A stretch of 55,296 bases of DNA from Gammaproteobacteria bacterium. Lineage in GTDB: Bacteria; Pseudomonadota; Gammaproteobacteria; Magnimaribacterales; D2472. The stretch covers positions 1 through 55,296 of the forward strand of contig JALRBL010000016.1 in the NCBI GenBank assembly GCA_023257795.1, written 5' to 3'. Of this stretch, positions 27,696 through 37,114 are shown piece after piece. A model generated the notes under the pieces. That model saw nothing but the letters and a program-made list of their open reading frames with translations, made no database searches and was not told the origin of the DNA. The position numbers were made by a program, and so were the translations under genes. How positions within the stretch are numbered: position 1 is the first letter of the stretch; every line of letters begins with the position of its first letter.

Positions 27696-28814
27696 ATGCA
27701 CCTAAAGAAATATAATACTATTAAATTTGCTACTAATGCCCTAATTCTTGGGATATTACTGGGATGTTCCTCAGGTCAATTGACTTTTAATGCTGGGCCT
27801 ATAAATAAAAATGATATTTCATCACCGACTTACTTCAGTAATACATTTCTAAATAGTAACTACAGTGCATCCGAAAAAGAATTCATTGAAAAGATCTTTA
27901 TGCTTGATGATGTATCTGATGAGATGATCTCAGGACTGGAAACAATTCTACTGAGGGCAAACTTAACAAATAATGATAGGGCAAGATTTGCTACGTTAAA
28001 AACTGATATTTTCAAGATAAAAGAAAATTTAGACTTAAAAATAGAAATATCTGCTCCAATAGAATTAAAAGAACTTTATATCGAATCAATCTTTAGGCTT
28101 CCCTACAATTTTGAGATTACTTTTGAAGAGCATGAAGATTCTCTGGAATTTATCCAAAATAATAAAAATTTCTGCAACTCCTTTGCTATGGATAGCATCA
28201 ATGCTATTGCTAAGAGTGATTTAATCAGACATCAAGAAACGATCATTATTTCTGATAATAATCAAAATATGAATTCAATGTATCAAGAAATAAAGGCTGA
28301 TCTGATATTTTTATACGAGGGTCAAGATCCCCAATCATTTGCTTCACAAATACTACTTGTAGATGCAAGCGATGAAAGGTCAAAAAAAATTGAACGTCTA
28401 GCTACTCCTGCAAGGATTCAATTTATTCCAAGAATAAGACAAGACGTTAACATACTTATTTTTGATACTGATCATGACATTCAAAAAAAACTTATTCCAG
28501 CATTTAAATATAACTTTGCTAATAAACTTACATATATTTCTACTTCCAAAGCACTTGGATCTGGGTTAAATAAAGGTGAGTTAATTGATAACGAGGATAT
28601 ATTTTTTTCTGGGCCTAATTTTTTTATCAAGGAACCATTAAAGCTAGCCGGAGAAAATTCTCTAATTGAAGCTATTATTAATGACATACTTGTATTAGAA
28701 ACAATTAAAAATTTAAACCTAAAAACATCTGCAGTAAATGGTAAAACTGGAATACTTTTGTTAGAAGGCGGCTGCACCAAAAGATTTATGAGCGTGTCTA
28801 AGCTGAATACTTAG
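27696..28814 (+). CDS. lpoA: Penicillin-binding protein activator LpoA-like lipoprotein (short form)
   Basis: 372 aa with lipobox LLGC-S. The C-terminal region RQDVNILIFDTDHDIQKKLIPAFKYNFANKLTYISTSKALGSG resembles the LpoA C-domain. It is divergent from rsmI as in E. coli and Pseudomonas. Confidence 0.65.
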   Translation: MHLKKYNTIKFATNALILGILLGCSSGQLTFNAGPINKNDISSPTYFSNTFLNSNYSASEKEFIEKIFMLDDVSDEMISGLETILLRANLTNNDRARFATLKTDIFKIKENLDLKIEISAPIELKELYIESIFRLPYNFEITFEEHEDSLEFIQNNKNFCNSFAMDSINAIAKSDLIRHQETIIISDNNQNMNSMYQEIKADLIFLYEGQDPQSFASQILLVDASDERSKKIERLATPARIQFIPRIRQDVNILIFDTDHDIQKKLIPAFKYNFANKLTYISTSKALGSGLNKGELIDNEDIFFSGPNFFIKEPLKLAGENSLIEAIINDILVLETIKNLNLKTSAVNGKTGILLLEGGCTKRFMSVSKLNT

Positions 28815-29425
28815 ATCGCGCTTGATAGGTTTCTTTCAACAAGTGAAAGGCTATCCTCGAAACCAGGTCTATCAAATATTCGTTTTTGGTAGTCAAGTAA
28901 TGGCTTGGTGTGCCTATTTAATGGCAAGTTAATGCCCAATGATGGAAGTCTCCATAAAATTGGTGCTAAATAGCAATCACATAATGAAAACTCCTCATTC
29001 ATAAAGTATTTAAACTCCTTAAAAGTAGGTGCAAGAGAAATAATTTCATGAAGCAGATCTTGCTTAGTAGCTAGAATTTCTTTTTCGGTACCAGAACCCG
29101 CTATAAGAATATCTACCAATGGAGATATTTCCTTATCGATTCTTAGCATCAAAGTTCTACAATTAGCTCTGTTTACTGGATATACGGGCAATAATGGTGG
29201 ATGAGGGAACCTCTCATCGAGATACTCAAGCATTACTGCAGGGCTATAAAGGCCAAGCTCTCTATCTACTAGTATAGGGAGAGTATGATCTGGATTTATA
29301 GATAGCACCTCTTCTGGGGCATCGTAATTAGTTGTTTCCTTAATCTCACATGCAACATCTTTTTCTGCAAGGACTATGCGAACTCTATGGCTATAGTGAT
29401 CGTCTTTATCAGAATATAAAATCAT
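28811..29425 (-). CDS. sspA: Stringent starvation protein A (GST-like)
   Basis: 204 aa with YSHRVRIVLAEK...MLEYLDERFPHPPLLPVYPV, nearly collinear with E. coli SspA. Confidence 0.93.
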   Translation of the reverse strand: MILYSDKDDHYSHRVRIVLAEKDVACEIKETTNYDAPEEVLSINPDHTLPILVDRELGLYSPAVMLEYLDERFPHPPLLPVYPVNRANCRTLMLRIDKEISPLVDILIAGSGTEKEILATKQDLLHEIISLAPTFKEFKYFMNEEFSLCDCYLAPILWRLPSLGINLPLNRHTKPLLDYQKRIFDRPGFEDSLSLVERNLSSAI

Positions 29426-29434
29426 AAATCAACC

Positions 29435-30229
29435 TCAATGATAATCTTTTTGGTACTCTCTAAAGAGTAAATATGAGAGAGCAGTGAAAACTACAAAAAA
29501 TAAAATAACGAACCAACCAATTCTCTCGCGTTCAGCTCTCATTGGCTCTGCTACATAGGTAAGAAAGTTAGTGAGATCAAAGATCATTGCATCAAATTCA
29601 GCTACAGTAAGCTTGCCAGAACCTTCTTCTAAGATTAGATGCCCACACTCCTCAACAGTGATAATATTTCTGCTCTCATCCCTTTTTACTCCTCCATTCT
29701 TTGCAAAGGAAGGAACTTGTTTGCATCCAAGAACTTGTCTGCCTTGATAGGATTCGAGGACATTAGGCATTGCAGTGTTAGGGAAAGCTAGATTATTTAC
29801 ACCATATTTCTTTGACGCATCTTCGTAGTAAGTTCTTAAATAGGTATATATCCAATTACCGCCTCTAGATCTTGCTACAAGAGTAAGATCTGGCGGAGTT
29901 ACTCCAAACCATTCTTCTGAAATAGTTTTATCAAACGACCCCTTCATCAGATCGCCAGTTTTCACACTAGGATTGAATACCAATTTGTCTAGTAAAATTG
30001 ATTCAGGGATATCAAGATCTTTAGCAACTCTTCCCCATCTTGAGTATTGTAATGAGTGGCAACCGTAGCAATTATTAATAAAAGTATTTAAACCTCTTTG
30101 CAGGGAACTATTATCTAACAATTGCGGCTTGAACTCATCACAGTCACCGTAATCACCACACTCTGCGCCTCCGGCTGCAAAGCTCAAGCTTGAAAATGAA
30201 AGCAAGATTATTAGAGAGAAAATTCGCAT
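29435..30229 (-). CDS. petC: Cytochrome c1 of the bc1 complex
   Basis: 264 aa with a signal peptide, haem motif CYGCHS and a C-terminal TM anchor. Confidence 0.9.
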   Translation of the reverse strand: MRIFSLIILLSFSSLSFAAGGAECGDYGDCDEFKPQLLDNSSLQRGLNTFINNCYGCHSLQYSRWGRVAKDLDIPESILLDKLVFNPSVKTGDLMKGSFDKTISEEWFGVTPPDLTLVARSRGGNWIYTYLRTYYEDASKKYGVNNLAFPNTAMPNVLESYQGRQVLGCKQVPSFAKNGGVKRDESRNIITVEECGHLILEEGSGKLTVAEFDAMIFDLTNFLTYVAEPMRAERERIGWFVILFFVVFTALSYLLFREYQKDYH

Positions 30230-30231
30230 AA

Positions 30232-31449
30232 CTATAATCTCTCAGGTGGAACCCTAGTTTTTTCAAACGAGGTGTAAATAGGCATTAAGAAAAAGAAGCC
30301 GAAATAAATTACTGTCCCAATGACGCTCATAAGTTTTCTGGATTCAGTTACAGGTACTGTCCCAAGATAGCCTAGGGTGAGAAAGCTTGTTGCAAATAGA
30401 ACAAGGGCAATCTTGCTAAATATTCCTTTATATCGAATAGATGCAACTTTACTTCTATCTAACCAAGGTACTACAAATAAAATAGCTATTGCTCCAGCCA
30501 TTACGATTAAACCACCAAGCTTATCAGGAACAGCTCTAAGCATTGCGTAATAAGGAGAATAGTACCAAACAGGTGCAATATGTTCTGGGGTGGATAGCGG
30601 ATTAGCTTCCACAAAGTTTGCTTTTTCTAAAAAATATCCTCCCATCTCTGGAAAAAAGAACATTATTACAGAAAAAACAATCATAAAGACTCCTATGCCA
30701 ACTAGAGCATTCAGAACTTTGTACGGAAAAAATGGAACACTATCTAAAGGCACCCCATCATCATCAAGATGCTTTTCAATATCAATACCCTCAGGATTGC
30801 CAGCCCCAACTTCATGTAATGCCACGAGATGCATAAAGACAAGTGCAATTAAAATTAGAGGCAATGCAACAACATGCAAAGCAAAAAATCTTGAAATGGT
30901 TGCACCCGAGATGTAGTAATCTCCTCTAACCCATACTTCTAATGATTCGCCTATATAAGGTATCGCACCAAATAACGAAATAATTACTTGAGCACCCCAA
31001 TATGACATTTGGCCATATGGAAGAACATAGCCAAGGAAACCTTCTGCCATCATAACTAAATATATAGTCATTCCAAAAATCCATACCAACTCTCTCGGTT
31101 TTTGGTATGACCCATATAGCAAGCCCCTGAACATATGAAGATAAACAACTGCAAAGAACATAGATGCGCCAGTGGTATGCAAGTATCGGATTACCCACCC
31201 GTAATCTACATCTCTCATAATGAATTCGACCGAAGCAAAAGCGCCCTCTTCCGTGTTCTCATATGGCATCATTAACCATATACCTGAGACAATTTGTAAG
31301 ATTAAGACTACTGAAGCGAGGGCTCCGAATAAATACCAAAAATTTACCTTTTTGGGAACAGGATGTTTTGATAAATGCCTTTCAAAAGTATTAACAATAG
31401 GCAATCTATGATTTACCCAATTAAAAACTTTTCCAAATAGCGTATCCAT
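30232..31449 (-). CDS. petB: Cytochrome b of the bc1 complex
   Basis: 405 aa polytopic protein with cytochrome b N- and C-terminal domain similarity (RYLHTTGASMFF..). Confidence 0.95.
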   Translation of the reverse strand: MDTLFGKVFNWVNHRLPIVNTFERHLSKHPVPKKVNFWYLFGALASVVLILQIVSGIWLMMPYENTEEGAFASVEFIMRDVDYGWVIRYLHTTGASMFFAVVYLHMFRGLLYGSYQKPRELVWIFGMTIYLVMMAEGFLGYVLPYGQMSYWGAQVIISLFGAIPYIGESLEVWVRGDYYISGATISRFFALHVVALPLILIALVFMHLVALHEVGAGNPEGIDIEKHLDDDGVPLDSVPFFPYKVLNALVGIGVFMIVFSVIMFFFPEMGGYFLEKANFVEANPLSTPEHIAPVWYYSPYYAMLRAVPDKLGGLIVMAGAIAILFVVPWLDRSKVASIRYKGIFSKIALVLFATSFLTLGYLGTVPVTESRKLMSVIGTVIYFGFFFLMPIYTSFEKTRVPPERL

Positions 31450-32033
31450 TAGGCTGTGATCTCGTCCTCTCCGATTGTTAAAATAGTCCCATTAAAAAAG
31501 TGAGGCGGAACCTTAAGATTTGTGGGCGCTGGAACGCCTTTGTACACCCTGCCTACAAGATCAAACATTGATCCGTGACAAGGGCAGAAAAAACCTCCCG
31601 ACCAAGAACTATCCCATGGTTTAGATTCCATTTCTGGATAATATTTTGGAGAGCACCCTAAATGAGTACATACACCTGCTAAAACTGAATACTCTTGGCT
31701 TTTTGAGCGAGTGCTATTTAAGCCTCTGTAAGGCTCCTCAATATTCAGAGACGAGGGATCATCCAGCTTAGATTCTACATTAGCAAGACTTTCTAAAGCT
31801 TGAGAAGTATGGCGTATTACAAATACTGGTTGTTTGCGCCAAGATACCTGTATTTTTTGGCCTGGTTGAATTTTAGAAACATCCACTTTAACCGCAGCCC
31901 CAAGGGCTTTGGCTTTTGCACTTGGATTCCAAGCAGATATAAATGGCGTTACAGCAAAAGGCACTCCTGCAGCTCCTACTGCTGCAGTCATACCAATTAA
32001 AACTTTTCTTCTTGTTGTGTTGGGGTCGCTCAT
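31449..32033 (-). CDS. petA: Ubiquinol-cytochrome c reductase Rieske iron-sulfur subunit
   Basis: 194 aa with a Tat-like N-terminus (TRRKVLIG) and CTHLGC...CPCHGS. Confidence 0.95.
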   Translation of the reverse strand: MSDPNTTRRKVLIGMTAAVGAAGVPFAVTPFISAWNPSAKAKALGAAVKVDVSKIQPGQKIQVSWRKQPVFVIRHTSQALESLANVESKLDDPSSLNIEEPYRGLNSTRSKSQEYSVLAGVCTHLGCSPKYYPEMESKPWDSSWSGGFFCPCHGSMFDLVGRVYKGVPAPTNLKVPPHFFNGTILTIGEDEITA

Positions 32034-32072
32034 TCGGGGTTATATTCTAATGCAAAGAAATAGGATAAACCA

Positions 32073-32465
32073 CTAGCGTTTTGAATATTGTTCCTTCTTT
32101 CTGGCCTTCTTCAAACCAAATTTCTTTCGTTCAACTTTTCTTGGATCTCTAGTTAAAAATCCAGCTTGTTTTAGTTGGGGTCTAAGCTCCTCATCAAATG
32201 CTAACAAAGCCCTAGAAATACCATGCCTAATAGCTCCAGCTTGACCAAAACTACCGCCGCCTTTAACCATGATCTTCAAATCAACTTTCTCGTCTAGCTC
32301 AACAAGCTTTAAAGGCTGCTTAACAAGCATCTGGGCAACCTCTCTTCCAAAGTAGTTTTCAAGCGACTTATCATTAACTGATATATTGCCCTTACCTTTG
32401 GAGAGATAAACCCTGGCTGATGAAGTTTTTCTTCTACCAGTTGCATAAAATGTTGTTGATGCCAT
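32073..32465 (-). CDS. rpsI: 30S ribosomal protein S9
   Basis: [21 protein letters not shown]... The ORF-track start at 32483 is a TTG inside rplM. The ATG at 32465 gives the usual 130-aa protein. Confidence 0.93.
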   Translation of the reverse strand: MASTTFYATGRRKTSSARVYLSKGKGNISVNDKSLENYFGREVAQMLVKQPLKLVELDEKVDLKIMVKGGGSFGQAGAIRHGISRALLAFDEELRPQLKQAGFLTRDPRKVERKKFGLKKARKKEQYSKR

Positions 32466-32470
32466 ATAAA

Positions 32471-32899
32471 TTAAATTTCCCAATTTTGCGGTTGCTGAGC
32501 TTCGTGAGGATGCTCAGTTCCGGCATATACTTTAAGTTTTTTAATGATTTGATTGCTCAGTTTGTTTTTTGGCAACATTCCCTTAACAGCAAGTTCTATA
32601 ATCTTTTCAGGTTTTTCATTATTCATAACTTTGAAGGTTTTTGTTTTTAAACCTCCTGGATAAAGAGAATGAGTATAATATTTTTTATCCTCAAACTTAT
32701 TTCCAGTTACTTTGATCTTTTCAGCATTAATAACAACAACAAAATCTCCACAATCAACATGAGGTGTGAAAATAGGCTTATCTTTGCCTCTTAGTTTGTC
32801 TGCAATTTTGGTAGCAAGTCGCCCTAAAACTTTATCTGAGGCATCGACAATTACCCAATGGTGTTCAGTATCTTCTTTTCTAAATGATGGTGTCTTCAT
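32471..32899 (-). CDS. rplM: 50S ribosomal protein L13
   Basis: 142 aa with [26 protein letters not shown]. Confidence 0.96.
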   Translation of the reverse strand: MKTPSFRKEDTEHHWVIVDASDKVLGRLATKIADKLRGKDKPIFTPHVDCGDFVVVINAEKIKVTGNKFEDKKYYTHSLYPGGLKTKTFKVMNNEKPEKIIELAVKGMLPKNKLSNQIIKKLKVYAGTEHPHEAQQPQNWEI

Positions 32900-32922
32900 A
32901 ACAGAACTTAAATTAGATGCGC

Positions 32923-32951
32923 ATATTAAAACTATGGGGTAACTTAATCAA
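32923..32951 (-). promoter_or_regulatory. Putative sigma70 promoter of rplM-rpsI
   Basis: In the minus sense, TTGATT (32951..32946), a 17-nt spacer, then TAATAT (32928..32923). It lies in one of the few real intergenic gaps. This rests on a weak motif match only. Confidence 0.3.
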
Positions 32952-32981
32952 TGATTTTAATAAAAAATTATTCGCAAGTTT

Positions 32982-34199
32982 CTACTCTATAAATAGAGCT
33001 TCTTGAAGTCTGCTCTTAGCCCTACTCCATAAGTGCTCTAAAGCTTCGCCTTTATAAAGCATCGAAATCGAATCTCTTGTATCCAGAATACACAATTTTG
33101 CTCCAGTTGAATAAGTGGTATCAAGAAATGTTATAAATCTTCTAACCAAGGGCAATTCTGAGTCATTTATCTTTTTAAAATTATCAATAAATATCCACTC
33201 ATGTTTTTTGCAAAGTTCAAGATAATCTTTGGCGATATTAGGCTCATGAAAAAATATCTGAAAATCCAGCCAAGCAAACCTCTTACCAAAACCTTTGCAG
33301 GAGAACTTTCTGTTTGAAAGTATTAATTTATCTAAAAAATTAGCATTCTTATCAAATTGATTTATTAAAAATTCTCGCATACTAGAATCATTGATATCCT
33401 TTTTCTCAAGACTCAAGAAGGTATGAACTTTGTCAGATCTGTAATCTATATCTCCCTGGAGATGAAAATATAGAAAATCACGCTCAATAAACTTCATAGA
33501 ACTAATAAATTTTTCTCTTTGAAGGCCGCTTTTATATAAATCATGCACTTGATAATTGGAGGATAGAAAGATAGTTGTATTGGTTTGATTGAGCTCAGTA
33601 AGCACTTTACCAATGATCATTGCATCTCCAATATCCTCTATTTGAAATTCATCTAAAAAAAGAACATCAACTTTGCTTAAAACTTTTTTGGTAAATACTC
33701 TCAGGGGGTCCTTAATCCCTTGATTTTCCTGCAAAAATTCATGAACATTGATCATAAATTCATTAAAGTGAATGTTTAAATAATTACTGGTGAGGAGTTT
33801 GCTTAGATTCTTTAATAATAAAGTTTTCCCTCTTCCAACCTCACCCCAGAGATATACCGATGGAAAGTTTTCTTTTTTCTTTCTAAAGAATCTAGATCGA
33901 TCATTTTTTTCAAATAATTGGTTTTCATATGTATTAAGAAATTCTAGTTGAATGCTATCGAGGCATATATCCTCTTTAGCAAGAACATCATATAATTTTT
34001 TTACAATGTCTAAAGGCAAACATCTGCTCCAAAATTTTTGGTTAAATAAATTATCAGCGCTAATACTTTTATTTTTGTATTCTTGTTCAAATTCAATTGA
34101 TATTGAGGATGCATTATCCTCAGTTATAACTCTCAAAACAAGTAAACAGCCCCTTTCATCTCTAAATAGGAATAAAACTCTGGGATCGGGGGTGATCAT
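32982..34199 (-). CDS. zapE: Cell division protein ZapE (AFG1-like ATPase); 5' end probably over-extended
   Basis: Walker A GEVGRGKT and Walker B VLFLDEF. It is adjacent to rplM as E. coli yhcM is. The first ~60 codons overlap the divergent protease ORF and have no E. coli counterpart. A TTG at 34019 is a possible true start. Confidence 0.8.
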   Translation of the reverse strand: MITPDPRVLFLFRDERGCLLVLRVITEDNASSISIEFEQEYKNKSISADNLFNQKFWSRCLPLDIVKKLYDVLAKEDICLDSIQLEFLNTYENQLFEKNDRSRFFRKKKENFPSVYLWGEVGRGKTLLLKNLSKLLTSNYLNIHFNEFMINVHEFLQENQGIKDPLRVFTKKVLSKVDVLFLDEFQIEDIGDAMIIGKVLTELNQTNTTIFLSSNYQVHDLYKSGLQREKFISSMKFIERDFLYFHLQGDIDYRSDKVHTFLSLEKKDINDSSMREFLINQFDKNANFLDKLILSNRKFSCKGFGKRFAWLDFQIFFHEPNIAKDYLELCKKHEWIFIDNFKKINDSELPLVRRFITFLDTTYSTGAKLCILDTRDSISMLYKGEALEHLWSRAKSRLQEALFIE

Positions 34200-34980
34200 T
34201 TCTAAAGATGGAGTTGCAGTTACAAACTACCATGTACTAAATGGAGCCCTGTCGCAAATATTTGTTGAGACAAATAATGGAATAACTTTGGAAGCAAAAG
34301 TACTCGGGGTCGATGAGAGGCTTGACTTAGCTGTTTTGAAGATTGAATCCGAACAAGAGCTTATGCCTGCAACTATCGGGGATATAAGTCGCATAAAGTT
34401 GGGAGATGAAGTTTTTGCAGCAGGAAATCCATACGGGCTTGGAATCACGCTCTCTAAGGGAATAATCAGTGCTACTGGTAGAGATTATGGAAATCCTTAT
34501 TTAGATTTAATTCAAACAGATGCTGCAATTAATCCCGGAAATTCAGGTGGCGCTTTATTAAATAGTTATGGCCATTTAATTGGTATCAATACAAAGATCT
34601 TTTCTGAGACAGGAGGTTTTCAAGGGATCAGCTTCGCAATTCCAGTTAATAAGATAATATCGATTTCCTCAGAAATTATTCAAAATGGTAAAGCTAAGAG
34701 AGCTTGGATAGGTAACTTTAGAGTTAAACCAAAAAGAATTATATTGAATAATCTCCCTTCTAGCATACTAGAAATTATTAGCTCTGATGATGATGGCCCT
34801 CTTTTTAAAAGCTTTGATATAAAAGTTGGGGATATGATTATTAGCATTAATAATTCAACAGCAACTTGGGAAAACTTTGTGTTCTATCTAAATAGCGCCT
34901 TTCCGGGAGACGAAATTGCATTAGAGATTCTTTCTGAGGGAAAAATTAAAAAAGTTCTTGTAAGAACCGAAGCAGGCTAA
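34006..34980 (+). CDS. degS: HtrA-family serine endoprotease with single PDZ (DegS/AlgW-like)
   Basis: Catalytic triad contexts TNYHVL, DLAVLKI and GNSGGAL, with one C-terminal PDZ. I chose the start at MSKGKHLLQNFWLNKLSALILLFLY (TM anchor) rather than 33952. Confidence 0.85.
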   Translation: MSKGKHLLQNFWLNKLSALILLFLYSCSNSIDIEDALSSVITLKTSKQPLSSLNRNKTLGSGVIISKDGVAVTNYHVLNGALSQIFVETNNGITLEAKVLGVDERLDLAVLKIESEQELMPATIGDISRIKLGDEVFAAGNPYGLGITLSKGIISATGRDYGNPYLDLIQTDAAINPGNSGGALLNSYGHLIGINTKIFSETGGFQGISFAIPVNKIISISSEIIQNGKAKRAWIGNFRVKPKRIILNNLPSSILEIISSDDDGPLFKSFDIKVGDMIISINNSTATWENFVFYLNSAFPGDEIALEILSEGKIKKVLVRTEAG

Positions 34981-34981
34981 T

Positions 34982-36241
34982 CTATTTGGGAAGTCTTTCT
35001 ATACTAGCACCTAGATATGCTAGTTTTTCTTCTATTCGCTCATAACCCCTATCAATATGATAAATGCGATCAACAATAGTTTCTCCCTTTGCTGTTAAGC
35101 CAGCTAATACCAGAGAAGCAGATGCTCTAAGATCAGTTGCCATTACCTCTGCACCAGATATCTCTGGAACACCCTTGATAAAAGCATTGGCTCCCTTAAC
35201 CGAAATATTGCAGCCCATTCTATTTAATTCTTGAACATGCATAAATCTATTTTCAAAGATATTTTCAGTAACAACTGATGAGCCATTTGCCAAAGCATTC
35301 AAAACAGTAAATTGAGCCTGCATATCTGTAGGAAATCCGGGAAAAGGTGCTGTAGTTATATCAATCGGAGTTATTGAATCACTAACAGTAGATAATTTGA
35401 TTGAATCTTCCATAACGTCTATTTGAAAACCGCAAAGACGAAGCGCCTCTAGAATGTTGGTCATTCTGATGGGTTGAGCTTTTTTAATTTCTACTGTGCC
35501 CTTGGATAATGCTGCTGCGACCAAATACGTTCCTGCCTCGATTCTGTCAGCGGGAATGGTGTGTTCGCAACCCCTTAAACTTTTAACGCCCTCTATGATA
35601 ATTACATCGGATCCTGCACCAGATACTCTTGCACCCATGGAGTTTAAAAACTCTTCTAAGTCTACAATCTCGGGTTCCTTAGCAACGTTACTTAATTTGG
35701 TGGTTCCTTCTGCCAGCGTAGCAGCCATCATTAAATTCTCCGTGCCAGTTACTGTAATCCCCTCCATCACAATTTCGGTGCCTTTAAGTTTTTTTGCTTT
35801 TGCAAGGATATAGCCATCCCTTAACTCTATTTCAGCACCCAATTTTTTAAGTGCATTCAAATGATAATTTACCGGTCTTGAACCAATTGCACATCCTCCA
35901 GGGAGAGCTATCTTAGCCTTACCATATTTTCCTATTAATGCACCCAAAACAAGTATTGAGGCCCTCATGGTCTTAACCAATTCATATCTAGCCGCAACAT
36001 CATTTAACTTGCTTGCATCAACTTGAAAGTCTCCAGATTCATCGAGGGTTATATCTGCGCCCATTGATCCCAGTAACTCAAACATAGTTGTAATATCCTG
36101 CAAGTAGGGTAAATTTTTAAATACTACTGGAGCATCGCATAGGATTGATGCAGCTAGCATTGGCAAGGCTGCATTTTTAGATCCTGCACAAGTGAGAGAA
36201 CCCTTTAGTTGGTTACCGCCAATTACTCTTAATCTTTCCAT
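34982..36241 (-). CDS. murA: UDP-N-acetylglucosamine 1-carboxyvinyltransferase
   Basis: 419 aa with the active-site Cys context LPGGCAIGSRPV. Confidence 0.96.
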   Translation of the reverse strand: MERLRVIGGNQLKGSLTCAGSKNAALPMLAASILCDAPVVFKNLPYLQDITTMFELLGSMGADITLDESGDFQVDASKLNDVAARYELVKTMRASILVLGALIGKYGKAKIALPGGCAIGSRPVNYHLNALKKLGAEIELRDGYILAKAKKLKGTEIVMEGITVTGTENLMMAATLAEGTTKLSNVAKEPEIVDLEEFLNSMGARVSGAGSDVIIIEGVKSLRGCEHTIPADRIEAGTYLVAAALSKGTVEIKKAQPIRMTNILEALRLCGFQIDVMEDSIKLSTVSDSITPIDITTAPFPGFPTDMQAQFTVLNALANGSSVVTENIFENRFMHVQELNRMGCNISVKGANAFIKGVPEISGAEVMATDLRASASLVLAGLTAKGETIVDRIYHIDRGYERIEEKLAYLGASIERLPK

Positions 36242-36472
36242 CTAAGTCTCAGAGGGTGCTATTAAAGATAGACTCAAAGCATGCAAAGACCCTGATGAGA
36301 AAGATTCACTAAAAAAACTTAATACTAACTTATGTCTTTTTAAAATGGGCAGCCCTTCGAACACAGGACTCATAATTTCTAATCGAAGATTGCAACCCTC
36401 TTCATTAATAAAGGTTACTTTAGCTTCTTTAAGATTTTCTTTAATAATTGCTTCTATTTTGGAATTTTCCAT
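36242..36472 (-). CDS. ibaG: BolA-family protein IbaG/YrbA
   Basis: 76 aa BolA-like protein (..KRHKLV..LHALSL) immediately upstream of murA as in E. coli. Confidence 0.8.
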   Translation of the reverse strand: MENSKIEAIIKENLKEAKVTFINEEGCNLRLEIMSPVFEGLPILKRHKLVLSFFSESFSSGSLHALSLSLIAPSET

Positions 36473-37089
36473 TAGACATTAATATCTGATGACCAATTTT
36501 TAATCACTAGAGAAATTTCATTGTTATTTTCAGCAGCAAGCGCTTGAAATTGGTTTCTAAATGTCAATCCAAGATTGACGCCATTGATAATAATATTGAC
36601 TATCTGCCACCCATCTTCTCCGTTGTTTCTTACTTTATAGGTAATTGGATAGGTATTACTGCTAGTAATGAGTTTTTGGTTAACATCTACTACTGCATCT
36701 TCTTCTTGAGAATTGCTTTCTGGCCAAATCGTTTCAATTTTTTGATCCCCCCATTGCGCTAAAGTTTCTGCATAAGTATCCAGCAATGAGTTTTTAAATA
36801 CTTCGATGAATTGATTTCTTTCATTAAAAGAAGCGCTTTTATAAAAAGTTCTTCCCATAACCATGGCACCAACTCTTTTGAAATCTACCATTGGTTCAAA
36901 TATATCTTTTACTTTTTGTTTGAAGGCTTCAGGATCGGATAAAAAAAGCTCGCTATTTGAGACTATCACGGCAACCATTTGTTGGGATTTATCATCAATA
37001 AATTGGTGAGGATTTTCTTGAGCGCCTAAACCAGATGTAAAAGCACATAAATAAAAAAGTGCTATATTAGTATGCATAGTTAATTTCAT
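36472..37089 (-). CDS. mlaC: Periplasmic phospholipid-binding protein MlaC (Ttg2D family)
   Basis: Signal peptide MKLTMHTNIALFYLCAFTSGLGA-QE, then an MlaC-like core (VDFKRVGAMVMGRTFYKSASFNERNQFIEVFKNSLLDTYA). The ORF-track start at 37329 overlaps kdsD and was rejected. Confidence 0.8.
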   Translation of the reverse strand: MKLTMHTNIALFYLCAFTSGLGAQENPHQFIDDKSQQMVAVIVSNSELFLSDPEAFKQKVKDIFEPMVDFKRVGAMVMGRTFYKSASFNERNQFIEVFKNSLLDTYAETLAQWGDQKIETIWPESNSQEEDAVVDVNQKLITSSNTYPITYKVRNNGEDGWQIVNIIINGVNLGLTFRNQFQALAAENNNEISLVIKNWSSDINV

Positions 37090-37114
37090 GTATTTATTAT
37101 AACATTGGGAGCAT

